From the NCBI GenBank assembly GCA_031551645.1, contig JAVBNI010000084.1, positions 917-64,916 on the forward strand: a stretch of 64,000 bases of DNA. The letters run 5' to 3'. Origin of the DNA: Bacteroidales bacterium. Its GTDB lineage: Bacteria > Bacteroidota > Bacteroidia > Bacteroidales > UBA4181. The notes under the pieces are model-generated. The model made no database searches. It was not told the DNA's origin and was given only the letters and a program-made list of their open reading frames with translations. Shown here in pieces: positions 29,466-38,761 of the stretch (within the stretch, counting starts at the first letter, position 1; each line of letters opens with the position of its first letter). Position numbers and translations under genes: made by a program.

Positions 29466-30653
29466 TTAATTACTACGTTTAGCACGTTCCCACTTCACAT
29501 CCTGATTTTTCTGTAAATAGCGAAAAAAACCAAGATAAACCGCCAAGTTCATAATGAAAAAATAGTATGGAACAAATAATACTTTTACCTTTATTTGTCG
29601 ATTTTCCAATAACCATCCAAGCAAAGCCATCGCATAAAAAACAAGTTGTAACCAGAAGATAATGACAAAGAAGCGATTTGAACATATTCCTTGTTGAAGC
29701 GCTAAAACAAAGTTACTAACAAGCAATAGCAACAAACATAAGGGGGCTAGCGTCCAACGTAAAACGCGATGAGAAATATATTGAAAAGACAACACACCAT
29801 ATTTGAAAATATTCAATAATGGCGATAATCGGATAATCGATTGTATACCTCCAGCAGCAATTCTCACTTTCCGTTTTAATTCTTCTTTAACGCTTGCTGA
29901 TGAGGTTTCACAAGCATAAGCTTCAGGGTCATATTGGGTAACATGTCCTTGCATGGCAATACGTAAAGAAATGATAAAATCATCCAACAGCGTGTCCTTT
30001 TCCACATCCGCAAAATATTCTTTACGAATGGCAAATAATTCGCCGGCTGCACCAACTACTGAATATAACTTGGCATCATAACTTTTCAAGAAGGACTCAT
30101 ATTTCCAATATAACCCTTCGCCAGCCCCAGCTGCCATATCTTTATCTTTTTGTAATATTCGCTTTTCACCCGATACACAACCTACTTTTGGATTGGCAAA
30201 AAGGCGAACAATACGTTGTATAGATTCTTCACCCAACATTGTATTGGCATCAGAAAATACCACAATAGGCGAGGTAACCATTTTCATTCCCCTGTTCATG
30301 GCTGCTATTTTTCCTGCACGTTCGGATTGATGATATACTGTTATTTCAGGATATTGACCCAACAAATCGGGTGTACCATCATCGGAACCATCTGTAACCC
30401 AAACTTGTTTAAGTCTTTCTTTAGGATAATTCAATTGGCTGGAATTTTTTACTTTTTCTGCGATATAATCCTTTTCATTGTATGCTGTAATAAAAAGTGT
30501 AACTTCTGGAATAACATTAACCTGATAAACCGGAGCTTCTCCCTTAACTCTTTGCTTGATCTTTACCAACAACCATAACAAAATACCATATCCAACATAT
30601 GTATAGCCAATGATAAAAACCGATACCCAAAATAAAATTTGAAAAGCAATCAT
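29466..30653 (-). CDS. Membrane-integrated GT2 glycosyltransferase (synthase-like)
   Basis: An N-terminal TM helix is followed by a GT-A domain (LFITAYNEKDYI, TDGSDDGT, FSDANT, GELFAIRK), a variant R-V-L-R-W motif and C-terminal TM helices. Confidence 0.75.
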   Translation of the reverse strand: MIAFQILFWVSVFIIGYTYVGYGILLWLLVKIKQRVKGEAPVYQVNVIPEVTLFITAYNEKDYIAEKVKNSSQLNYPKERLKQVWVTDGSDDGTPDLLGQYPEITVYHQSERAGKIAAMNRGMKMVTSPIVVFSDANTMLGEESIQRIVRLFANPKVGCVSGEKRILQKDKDMAAGAGEGLYWKYESFLKSYDAKLYSVVGAAGELFAIRKEYFADVEKDTLLDDFIISLRIAMQGHVTQYDPEAYACETSSASVKEELKRKVRIAAGGIQSIIRLSPLLNIFKYGVLSFQYISHRVLRWTLAPLCLLLLLVSNFVLALQQGICSNRFFVIIFWLQLVFYAMALLGWLLENRQIKVKVLFVPYYFFIMNLAVYLGFFRYLQKNQDVKWERAKRSN

Positions 30654-30666
30654 TATGTAAGTAGAT

Positions 30667-31284
30667 TTAAATTTTCTCCCACTGATTTGTTTTCGGATTA
30701 TACCTTTTGACTACTTTGGCTGGATTTCCAACGGCCACGGAAAAAGGAGGAATGTCTTTCGTTACCACACTACCGGCACCAATTTGACAACGTCGTCCAA
30801 TTGTAACTCCCGCAACCACAACAGAATTAGCTCCTATATGGGTCTCATCTTCAATAACAATTCCCTTTATATCAAGAGGTTGTACGCTTGAGTTTTTCGA
30901 ACCATCGGAATATCCATGATTAAAACCGCTGATAAACACATGTTGGCCAGTTCCTGCCCCATTTCCGATAGTTACCGGTCCAATAATCACCGTCCCTATT
31001 CCGATCCGAACCCGTTCGCCAATAACAACATCACCTGCGCCATTGTTGATTACCGTATAATCTTCAATAGTTGTATGGCTTCCTACATCGAATTTATTCC
31101 ATGGAAATACATCTATCCGGGAACGTCTTCGACGGATGACTACATCTTTCCCCTTTTTGTGAATAAATGGATTGAGGAACCAACGTACCCAAAAACGTGG
31201 CTTGGGGCGTCGCGTTGGAGTCATCAGCCATAAAATCTTTTTCTTTAATAACGGGTTGGCTTTTATTTTCTGGAGAATGGACAT
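30667..31284 (-). CDS. Left-handed beta-helix (hexapeptide repeat) acyl/acetyltransferase
   Basis: Hexapeptide repeats ([26 protein letters not shown] ... [25 protein letters not shown]) and a C-terminal [11 protein letters not shown]. Confidence 0.85.
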   Translation of the reverse strand: MSILQKIKANPLLKKKILWLMTPTRRPKPRFWVRWFLNPFIHKKGKDVVIRRRRSRIDVFPWNKFDVGSHTTIEDYTVINNGAGDVVIGERVRIGIGTVIIGPVTIGNGAGTGQHVFISGFNHGYSDGSKNSSVQPLDIKGIVIEDETHIGANSVVVAGVTIGRRCQIGAGSVVTKDIPPFSVAVGNPAKVVKRYNPKTNQWEKI

Positions 31285-31285
31285 T

Positions 31286-32476
31286 TTATTCTTTTTCTAT
31301 TTGTTCTATATATTTATATATTTCAGCTACATTATGCTCCCAAGTGTGTTGTGCTGCTAATTGTTTTCTTTGTTCCTGCTGCTGGAAATTATTTTCAAGT
31401 AATGCTTTTCCTATTTGCTCGATATAATCTTCTTTTGTTTTACATGCGTAAACTTGATCTCCAAAATATTCCATTGCTTTTGTCTTTGTGACTACCGTAG
31501 GTTTTCCCATTGCCAAGTATTCGTCAACCTTACGAGGATAATTTCCTACTGTAAAAGCATTTATTTGTTGGGGATTGATAGCAATATCAAAAGCATTAAT
31601 ATATTTAGGTAAATCTTTTTCAGGTTTTGCTCCCAAAAAATGGACATTTGGCATGTTATGCAAAGGTGATTCTTTAAATCTGACATCTTCCGGTCCGACC
31701 AAAATAATATTCCATTCCGGTTTGGTTTCAGCAATATATACTAACAGGGGTATATCCAATCTTCCACCGGTAAGGTACCCCACATAACCAATTACTGGCT
31801 TATGAAACAACATATCTTCGGGAACAGGCATATTATTATCCGGATGAAACAGGCTTAAATCACAGCCCTGTCCTACCATATATGAATGGAGATTATATGC
31901 TTTGGCATACTCTTCATAATACAAAGAATTAGTAAGTACAAGATCCGATTTTTTGATTAATCTCGGTTCCAACCTGCTTCCATGATACTTCCAATATTTA
32001 TTGAGGCTTAAAAAATCTCTCATATAGTATATGGATAGTCGTGGATGAAGAAATTGAGACATATAATATCCCAAAAAGATGTGATTATCATTAAATAAAT
32101 AAAAATCGTCAAAACCAATTTGCTTTATTGCTCGCGCAATACAACCGGCGAATATTTTATTATTCCGATAATTAAGTAAATTATATAAAACATTGAATTT
32201 TATTTTATTAATAGACTCAACCATTCTATTAGGTGTCAATACCCAAAAACGTTCATTATGCCTTACTAAATCAGGGACTTCTCCTTCGATCACTTTTTTA
32301 CGGTATTCAATAGCGTCTGAATCTTTATTCAACCGAGTGTTACGATCTAATGGCATATTGACATACAGCACTTTATTGTTTTTTGCTATCTCTATGGCAA
32401 TATTTTTGCAATTACTCCCAATAGGAATATCCCACGGTTGTATACCCATAATGACAAAGTTCCGGTCGCGTATCAT
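31286..32476 (-). CDS. GT-B fold glycosyltransferase (GT4/TuaH-like)
   Basis: 396 aa. The C-terminal half has a GT-B signature ([16 protein letters not shown]..., NPQQ..., [14 protein letters not shown]). Confidence 0.7.
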   Translation of the reverse strand: MIRDRNFVIMGIQPWDIPIGSNCKNIAIEIAKNNKVLYVNMPLDRNTRLNKDSDAIEYRKKVIEGEVPDLVRHNERFWVLTPNRMVESINKIKFNVLYNLLNYRNNKIFAGCIARAIKQIGFDDFYLFNDNHIFLGYYMSQFLHPRLSIYYMRDFLSLNKYWKYHGSRLEPRLIKKSDLVLTNSLYYEEYAKAYNLHSYMVGQGCDLSLFHPDNNMPVPEDMLFHKPVIGYVGYLTGGRLDIPLLVYIAETKPEWNIILVGPEDVRFKESPLHNMPNVHFLGAKPEKDLPKYINAFDIAINPQQINAFTVGNYPRKVDEYLAMGKPTVVTKTKAMEYFGDQVYACKTKEDYIEQIGKALLENNFQQQEQRKQLAAQHTWEHNVAEIYKYIEQIEKE

Positions 32477-32482
32477 AGTAAG

Positions 32483-34327
32483 TTATATAAAGTCATTTAA
32501 TGTTTTTCCATTTTTTCCCATTACCAACGTTTCCCACCAAAGTGCTATGGTTAATAAATTGAAATATTTGAATGCTTCAACATGTCTTTGCCAAAACCAT
32601 TTTCCAGAGTCTTTACAAAAAGAATCGTAATAAGTCAAAAACTTAGATACTTCATTTTTATCCAAAACTTCCGAACTAATATTCGAATTCAATATAACTT
32701 GTTTACATTTTTGGCGATATTCTTCTTTGGAAAAGAACAAAGGCAAAGGAGCAAAACCTCCTTGTTTTTTCTTAGCGGTCACTTCTTCAGGCAACTTTGT
32801 TTTGGTAGCCAATTTGTGTACATATTTGGCTACCCCTTTTCCGTCACATATTTCTTTAAAAGATCCCTTATGCTTATACTCACGAGGTAAAGTTTTTAAA
32901 AAACGAGTTACATCCAAACCCATGTAAGGGAAAGTGAGATGTTGTCCAAAATAATTTGCCAACATAGACGCTTTAAATAGGATAACTTGTTTCATTGTTT
33001 GTTGCATATCAATCAGAAAATTGCGATTCAGGAACAAATCATCAAATGATTCAAACGTTGAAGGGTAACTATCACTATAGCTAAACCCGGAAAACTGTAA
33101 AGGGGTTTCAACCATTTTTTTCAATTGCCGTCTTTCAAATCCAAAATCTTTACATTTTAGTGGATAGGCTATTGCATTGGTGTGAAATTTAATGCGGTAT
33201 AATGACGATGACTTATCTAATATGCCGGTATTTCCTATTTTATTGAATAGGTTTAACATCCAACTGACATGATTGTTTTTCAATTTATACCCTAATGCCA
33301 ATTCTCTGATCCCTGTTCCGTATAACTGATCATTCCCATCGCCGCCTAAAATCACGTCAATTCCATGTTGGGCAACCATGCGCATTACCATGAAATTGAC
33401 CATCAATCCGCTTTCCTGGAACGGATCACCTAAATGGCTAATTATTTCAGGAAAAAGGTCTATTTCGGAGCCATCAATTTCATATTCGAAATGTTCCGTA
33501 TCGAATTGCTCTGACATTAATTTAGCCAAAGGTAATTCACTCCATGGATTATCCTTAAATCCAATAGAAAAAGACTTTGCTTTACCAGTATATACTTCAC
33601 GTAAATTTACGATATTACCTCCCGAATCGTAACCTCCACTCAACAAAAGTGCTATATTTTTATGACCATTAATTCTCCGGTTTATCGCTTGCTGATGTAA
33701 CCGATTATATTCCAAGATTGTTTCATCCAAACTTAATGTTGATGTTCCGTGAGAGTGAATAAAATCGCTACACGTTAAAGTTTCTGTAATGGTTATTTTA
33801 TTGTCGTGATATACCAATAATTCACCACCAGCCAATTTTTTTACTCCTTTTAATGCAGTTTCCGGCGCTGGTATATAACCGAGATTCAAAAAGCATGCAA
33901 GAGCTTCAACATTCGGATCCAATCGAAAGTCTTTTATCTTCTTTACATCTTGTAACGAAGAACAAAAAAAACGGTCAGTATAATAAACAGGCGCTCCGGA
34001 TGAAGATATATCACGATATATGACCATTTTTCCCGGAGTTTGTACAATAATCGTGTATTGTCCGTCATATTCGGAAAAAGAAACATTCCCTAATTTTGCA
34101 TAAAGTTGACCAACAAGTTGAATACAGCTCTCAAAATTCAACTTGTTAACTTCAGCAACCTCTTTTCCATTATATATTTGTCCACACAGATAAAGAGTAA
34201 ACTTATCGTCAACATATGATAAAACTTTATCGCCCGTTATTATCGAAGCATTCTTATTATTAATAATCGCATCGATCGTTAATAACGCTTGAACTGGCTG
34301 TTGGTCAAAATTTCCTATAAATTCCAT
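32483..34327 (-). CDS. Asparagine synthase (AsnB) family adenylating enzyme lacking the N-terminal catalytic Cys
   Basis: 614 aa. The PP-loop IALLLSGGYDSG (SGGxDS) is in the synthetase domain. The N-terminus reads MEFIGNF instead of the MCG of class-II glutamine amidotransferases. Confidence 0.8.
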   Translation of the reverse strand: MEFIGNFDQQPVQALLTIDAIINNKNASIITGDKVLSYVDDKFTLYLCGQIYNGKEVAEVNKLNFESCIQLVGQLYAKLGNVSFSEYDGQYTIIVQTPGKMVIYRDISSSGAPVYYTDRFFCSSLQDVKKIKDFRLDPNVEALACFLNLGYIPAPETALKGVKKLAGGELLVYHDNKITITETLTCSDFIHSHGTSTLSLDETILEYNRLHQQAINRRINGHKNIALLLSGGYDSGGNIVNLREVYTGKAKSFSIGFKDNPWSELPLAKLMSEQFDTEHFEYEIDGSEIDLFPEIISHLGDPFQESGLMVNFMVMRMVAQHGIDVILGGDGNDQLYGTGIRELALGYKLKNNHVSWMLNLFNKIGNTGILDKSSSLYRIKFHTNAIAYPLKCKDFGFERRQLKKMVETPLQFSGFSYSDSYPSTFESFDDLFLNRNFLIDMQQTMKQVILFKASMLANYFGQHLTFPYMGLDVTRFLKTLPREYKHKGSFKEICDGKGVAKYVHKLATKTKLPEEVTAKKKQGGFAPLPLFFSKEEYRQKCKQVILNSNISSEVLDKNEVSKFLTYYDSFCKDSGKWFWQRHVEAFKYFNLLTIALWWETLVMGKNGKTLNDFI

Positions 34328-34338
34328 TCGTTTAAATT

Positions 34339-35550
34339 TTATTGAACATTTGAAGAATCCGGGATACCATGTTCCGTATGGATAAATGTTTTGTTAGCTC
34401 CTTTCAATGTGAAAAAGTTTTTAAACATCAAAAATGCCCCCTGTGGAATCCATCGAATAGCCTTTAATGTTTGTATGTTATAAAATCTCTTAGGCACCAA
34501 CATCATAAAAGATAAAATGCACGTAATAAACAAAATGACCCATCCCACAGTCAGATATGGGCGAAACACAAATTGCTCAAACACAATAAATATTGGTATC
34601 AAAACAAATACAAGACTTAAAATAATAACCCTTGGCAAAAGCGTCCATTGAAATGCTTTATTAAAGTAATCCAGATTCCCTGTTTTAAATAATTGTTTTA
34701 CCGCATCTCCAAATGCTATGCGTACGTAATGAAATTGTGATGACAACCATCGACGACGTTGATTGGAAAATGCAGATGCAGTCTGAACCTTTTCATCATA
34801 CACATATGCATTAGGTAAATAATAAATGGTGTGTTTGTCTCTAAGCATTCTCATCTCAAGTTCTTTATCATAACCACCTATGGCATCAATTCCTAACATA
34901 ATTTCTTTAAAAAAATGATAATCGAAAGCTACACCTGAGCCAATAATACTTGAAGAAAAACCCAACACACGCTGTCCTTTACGGAATAGCTGATTCGTTA
35001 TTTCTTCACTGATGGCATCAAGAACAGCAAACGGAGTATTCATATTTTTGGCAACCCGGTGCCCTTGTGCGGCCACAACGGGTTTCGATGCAAAAAAATC
35101 ATTGACTTGAGAAAGGAAATCGACAGCCATTAAATTATCTGCATCCAAAACAACTGCTATTTCATAACTATCAGACAATATTGACATCGCTTTATTCAAT
35201 GCTCTTGCTTTGGTGCTATTTTCAAATACAACTTCAATGACTGTAACCGGCATCTTTTTCAACGACTCAATAGTCTCATTTGCAAATGAATCTGCAATCA
35301 CGATTACCTCATATTTATCTTGCGGATAATTCTGCCGTAACGCATCAGCAGCAACACTGACAATAACGTTATCTTCTTTATACCCTGGAATAAAAACAGC
35401 TATTTTCTTATATGTTTCATTTTTGTAAGGAAGTATACGAATCCGGAATAAGGATGCTACCGCAAAAATAAAAAGATATAAAATATTGATAAGTAATAAA
35501 ATAAAAAACAATATTTGTACTACATTAAATATGTAAACCATCCACTCCAT
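34339..35550 (-). CDS. Membrane-integrated GT2 glycosyltransferase with a QxxRW motif (processive synthase-like)
   Basis: An N-terminal TM helix is followed by IAVFIPGYKEDNVI, VIVIADS, VLDADN and NQRRRWLSSQ (QRRRW), then C-terminal TM helices. Confidence 0.78.
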   Translation of the reverse strand: MEWMVYIFNVVQILFFILLLINILYLFIFAVASLFRIRILPYKNETYKKIAVFIPGYKEDNVIVSVAADALRQNYPQDKYEVIVIADSFANETIESLKKMPVTVIEVVFENSTKARALNKAMSILSDSYEIAVVLDADNLMAVDFLSQVNDFFASKPVVAAQGHRVAKNMNTPFAVLDAISEEITNQLFRKGQRVLGFSSSIIGSGVAFDYHFFKEIMLGIDAIGGYDKELEMRMLRDKHTIYYLPNAYVYDEKVQTASAFSNQRRRWLSSQFHYVRIAFGDAVKQLFKTGNLDYFNKAFQWTLLPRVIILSLVFVLIPIFIVFEQFVFRPYLTVGWVILFITCILSFMMLVPKRFYNIQTLKAIRWIPQGAFLMFKNFFTLKGANKTFIHTEHGIPDSSNVQ

Positions 35551-35738
35551 TACTACTGTTTTTCAAATTTAAATTAATTTACTTTACAAACATTCACATA
35601 TTTATTTCCCAGAACTTTTTGCTATGATTCCTATATATGATTGATCCCGTTAATTTTTTGGTTTGTGAATTTCTCTTGATTTCGGAATATTCATTCAGCA
35701 CAATAATGTATTTGTGAATCAATCTTATTTGCATTTCA

Positions 35739-36395
35739 CTATTCATCTGGATGAAAGAACAAAATGGCATAAACATATGCCAGACATTCATATACAACAG
35801 CCCGCATTCCATAACTGGATTTCCACCATTTCCGAGGATTATAAGAAAGATCAGAATATGATATGCATCCAACCTTCCATTCTTCACCTAAAGCTTTTTT
35901 GAAAAGAACATATGAGCGACGGGCATGTGTTCCTTGGCTTACAATATTTATTCTTCCCGGCATGTAATCCAATTCCCGTAATTTTGCTTTTAGCGCCAAG
36001 GCCGAAGCATAACTCCTGTCCTTTTGAATAGGATCACATGGGGCACTATGCACATGAGCTGAATCAACACCTTTAGCAATTAAAGTCGCAACATTTAAAT
36101 CGGCATAATTAGAAAATTGATCACACAAAAACTCTTTTCCAATAGGTATTCCTGTAGCGAATATAACAGAACATTTGCCTTTCCTATAATTATTGACAAC
36201 ACTATCAATAACAACATCACCAACATGACCTTCAACCACCCATATCTCAGCTTCAACAGGCGTATTCATTGCTAAATAAGTGTGGATGTTTCGAGCAAAC
36301 AATGTACAAATCACAATACATACAATACAAATGCTTAACCATCCCCAAATAGTGAGCTTACGGCTTTCACTTTTTTTTGTTAATTTAAACCTCAT
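35739..36395 (-). CDS. DUF218 (YdcF/ElyC-like) family protein
   Basis: An N-terminal TM anchor is followed by a DUF218-like core (IWVVEGHVGD..., IFATGIPIG, INIVSQGTHARRSYVLFKKALG). Confidence 0.6.
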   Translation of the reverse strand: MRFKLTKKSESRKLTIWGWLSICIVCIVICTLFARNIHTYLAMNTPVEAEIWVVEGHVGDVVIDSVVNNYRKGKCSVIFATGIPIGKEFLCDQFSNYADLNVATLIAKGVDSAHVHSAPCDPIQKDRSYASALALKAKLRELDYMPGRINIVSQGTHARRSYVLFKKALGEEWKVGCISYSDLSYNPRKWWKSSYGMRAVVYECLAYVYAILFFHPDE

Positions 36396-36399
36396 ATTT

Positions 36400-37329
36400 T
36401 TAACAACGATTTAATCTAGGAGTAACATGAATACTTTGATCAAAAGCATGCCTAAGACTCCACCACCATGCATTTAATACGCTTTGGGCATTTTGATAAT
36501 TTCTCTTAAATAAGAAAATAATTACATTTTTGGGATAAGCAATCAATAATAAATAAATTACATTGATCCATAACAATATTCCAGACATATTACGACGCGC
36601 ATATAAAAACCGATTCCTGTTCATGTAATATGTCTTTAATGGACTCCCATGTCCTGTGGCCAGCGATTCCTTGTGCATAATGACAACATCATGTACATAC
36701 AAAATCCTATAACCAGCCTTTTTGATCCGTTCACACCAATCTAACTCTTCATAATACAAAAAGTAAATATCCGGCATCAATCCTACTTTTTCGATTATTT
36801 CCCGTTTTAACATCATGGCTGCGCCATGTGCATAATTAGTAAAAACAGTATGATCATACTGACCATTATCTTTTTCACCATAACCTGTAACCTTACAATG
36901 AACTCCTATAGTGGACATCTTTTCGTATCCGGCATATTGTATGGTATCGGGTCTATCGAAAAATTTAATTTTAGGGCAAACAATACCAATGTCTCGGTGA
37001 CTTTCCAATTTTTCAACCAACAGGGTAATACATTCCGCAGGCACAATCGTATCATTATTCAATAAGAATAAATATTTACCGGACGACTGACAAATGCCAA
37101 TATTATTTCCACCTGCAAAACCTGTATTTAATGAATTTTTTATCAACTTAACCTGAGGATACATTTCCGTGATTAAATCCGGATGATCCTTTGGCGAAGC
37201 ATTATCTACAACAATTACCTCTAAATTATCATAACCACATGCATAGAGTGATTTAAGCATATCACATGTGGCTATGGATTGATTATAATTTACAGTAATA
37301 ACAGAAACTAAAGGAGAACTATGCGGCAT
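36400..37329 (-). CDS. Glycosyltransferase family 2
   Basis: VSVITVNYNQSIATCDMLKSL, VIVVDNASPKD, LLNNDTIV, and the ELDWC motif (YYEELDWCERIKKAGY). Confidence 0.85.
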   Translation of the reverse strand: MPHSSPLVSVITVNYNQSIATCDMLKSLYACGYDNLEVIVVDNASPKDHPDLITEMYPQVKLIKNSLNTGFAGGNNIGICQSSGKYLFLLNNDTIVPAECITLLVEKLESHRDIGIVCPKIKFFDRPDTIQYAGYEKMSTIGVHCKVTGYGEKDNGQYDHTVFTNYAHGAAMMLKREIIEKVGLMPDIYFLYYEELDWCERIKKAGYRILYVHDVVIMHKESLATGHGSPLKTYYMNRNRFLYARRNMSGILLWINVIYLLLIAYPKNVIIFLFKRNYQNAQSVLNAWWWSLRHAFDQSIHVTPRLNRC

Positions 37330-38749
37330 CTTTTATCTTCTCTAATGTGGGAGAAACAAAAATAAAAACAACAATAAAACACAAGATTACAGATGTAGGC
37401 ACCTGAGTAACAACGGCATTCCCATAATTAGCCACTAATACCCCAGCAATACCGGACACAAAAGCAATGATTACATTCTTTATCCATGGATCCTTTAATC
37501 TATACCAAATGATTGTTATTCCTTTCAAAACAACGTATCCCCACATGGCCAGATACAACAATAATCCAACAATTCCTGTTTCTGCCCATATTACAACAAA
37601 TCCGCTATCTGTAGCAATATTGGCAAGAAAACCATTCGGGGAAAATCGATCACCAAATACTCCAGTAGTCCCAATACCCCCTCCAAATGGACGGCTTTTT
37701 AAATATTCACGAAATGTTCTTTGATTTTGAAGACGAAGCTGAAAAGAAGCATCTTCCGGGTCAAATGCCGACCTCATACGTCGTACTGCATATACATCAT
37801 GGGCAACATATGTATATTTAAGGAAATAGAATGCAATACCTACTAAAATAAGCCCTGCCACCAATATACGAATATTCCGTTTAACAAAAAGATAAAGAAA
37901 TATCCCTCCAAAGGGGACAAACATAGCACCTCGGGTACCACTAATAAACATACCATAAAAACCTGCAAATGCCACCAAAAGAAAAAATAATTTGGAAATT
38001 ATCTTTTTCTCATGTATTGCTATTATAAGTGCCGTAATTCCTGCATGGGCTTGGGCAGCACCAAATTGCCCTGCATCTGTATAAAAAGAAAAAACCCTAA
38101 GTCGACCAAACAACATATGTGTTTTGGCCTTTCCGGCAGCCATTGCTGCTCTTTCAACAGAATTTAAGCCAACGTATAACTGTATACAACCATAAAGCGT
38201 TGCCAAAATAACAAAACTACCCCATATGTATAAAAACCATTTTAAATATTTCGGTTTATCTATTAACACTAATCCTAACGGAACGAACATCCACAAATAA
38301 AGAGCCATAGAACGCATCCCATAAAACCAAGCGACACGGCTTTCTGCTTCTGGATTAAATAGCTCTAAAAAAACATACAACATCCATAAAGAAGTGATAC
38401 CCCAAAATGGTGTTTTAGCTCTATTCCAAGGAATATCAGTGCTAAATCCTTTAAAAAAAAGTAATAAATACGAAAACACTAATAAAAAATCTGTACCCAA
38501 TCCAGGTGTTCCGACTTTCAGATAAGCGCTTAAAATATTCAATATAAAACCATAAATAAGTATCGTAAATAAAATAATAACTGGATTTTCATATGCCTTT
38601 ATCAAACAAAAAAGCACTATCGGTAATGCTAAGCAACCTAGCCCAACAGTCCAATTCTCACGAGATAAGACATATGCAATACCAACCAAGCATGCTCCCA
38701 CTCCGACAAACAAAACAATCTTTAATAATGATCTGTTTGTTTTTTCCAT
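37319..38749 (-). CDS. wzy: O-antigen polymerase/ligase-like (Wzy family) membrane protein
   Basis: 476 aa and polytopic (>10 helices), with a central loop region GTRGAMFVPFGG typical of Wzy_C/O-antigen ligase-like proteins. It overlaps the next gene by 11 nt. Confidence 0.7.
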   Translation of the reverse strand: MEKTNRSLLKIVLFVGVGACLVGIAYVLSRENWTVGLGCLALPIVLFCLIKAYENPVIILFTILIYGFILNILSAYLKVGTPGLGTDFLLVFSYLLLFFKGFSTDIPWNRAKTPFWGITSLWMLYVFLELFNPEAESRVAWFYGMRSMALYLWMFVPLGLVLIDKPKYLKWFLYIWGSFVILATLYGCIQLYVGLNSVERAAMAAGKAKTHMLFGRLRVFSFYTDAGQFGAAQAHAGITALIIAIHEKKIISKLFFLLVAFAGFYGMFISGTRGAMFVPFGGIFLYLFVKRNIRILVAGLILVGIAFYFLKYTYVAHDVYAVRRMRSAFDPEDASFQLRLQNQRTFREYLKSRPFGGGIGTTGVFGDRFSPNGFLANIATDSGFVVIWAETGIVGLLLYLAMWGYVVLKGITIIWYRLKDPWIKNVIIAFVSGIAGVLVANYGNAVVTQVPTSVILCFIVVFIFVSPTLEKIKDAA

Positions 38750-38761
38750 GTTACAATAAGG

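Noticed and set aside
35594-35887. 97-aa minus-strand ORF bridging the spacer between the DUF218 gene and the GT2 gene.
   Set aside because: It overlaps the 3' end of the DUF218 ORF in another frame and has no recognisable features. The 188-bp spacer is more likely regulatory or non-coding.
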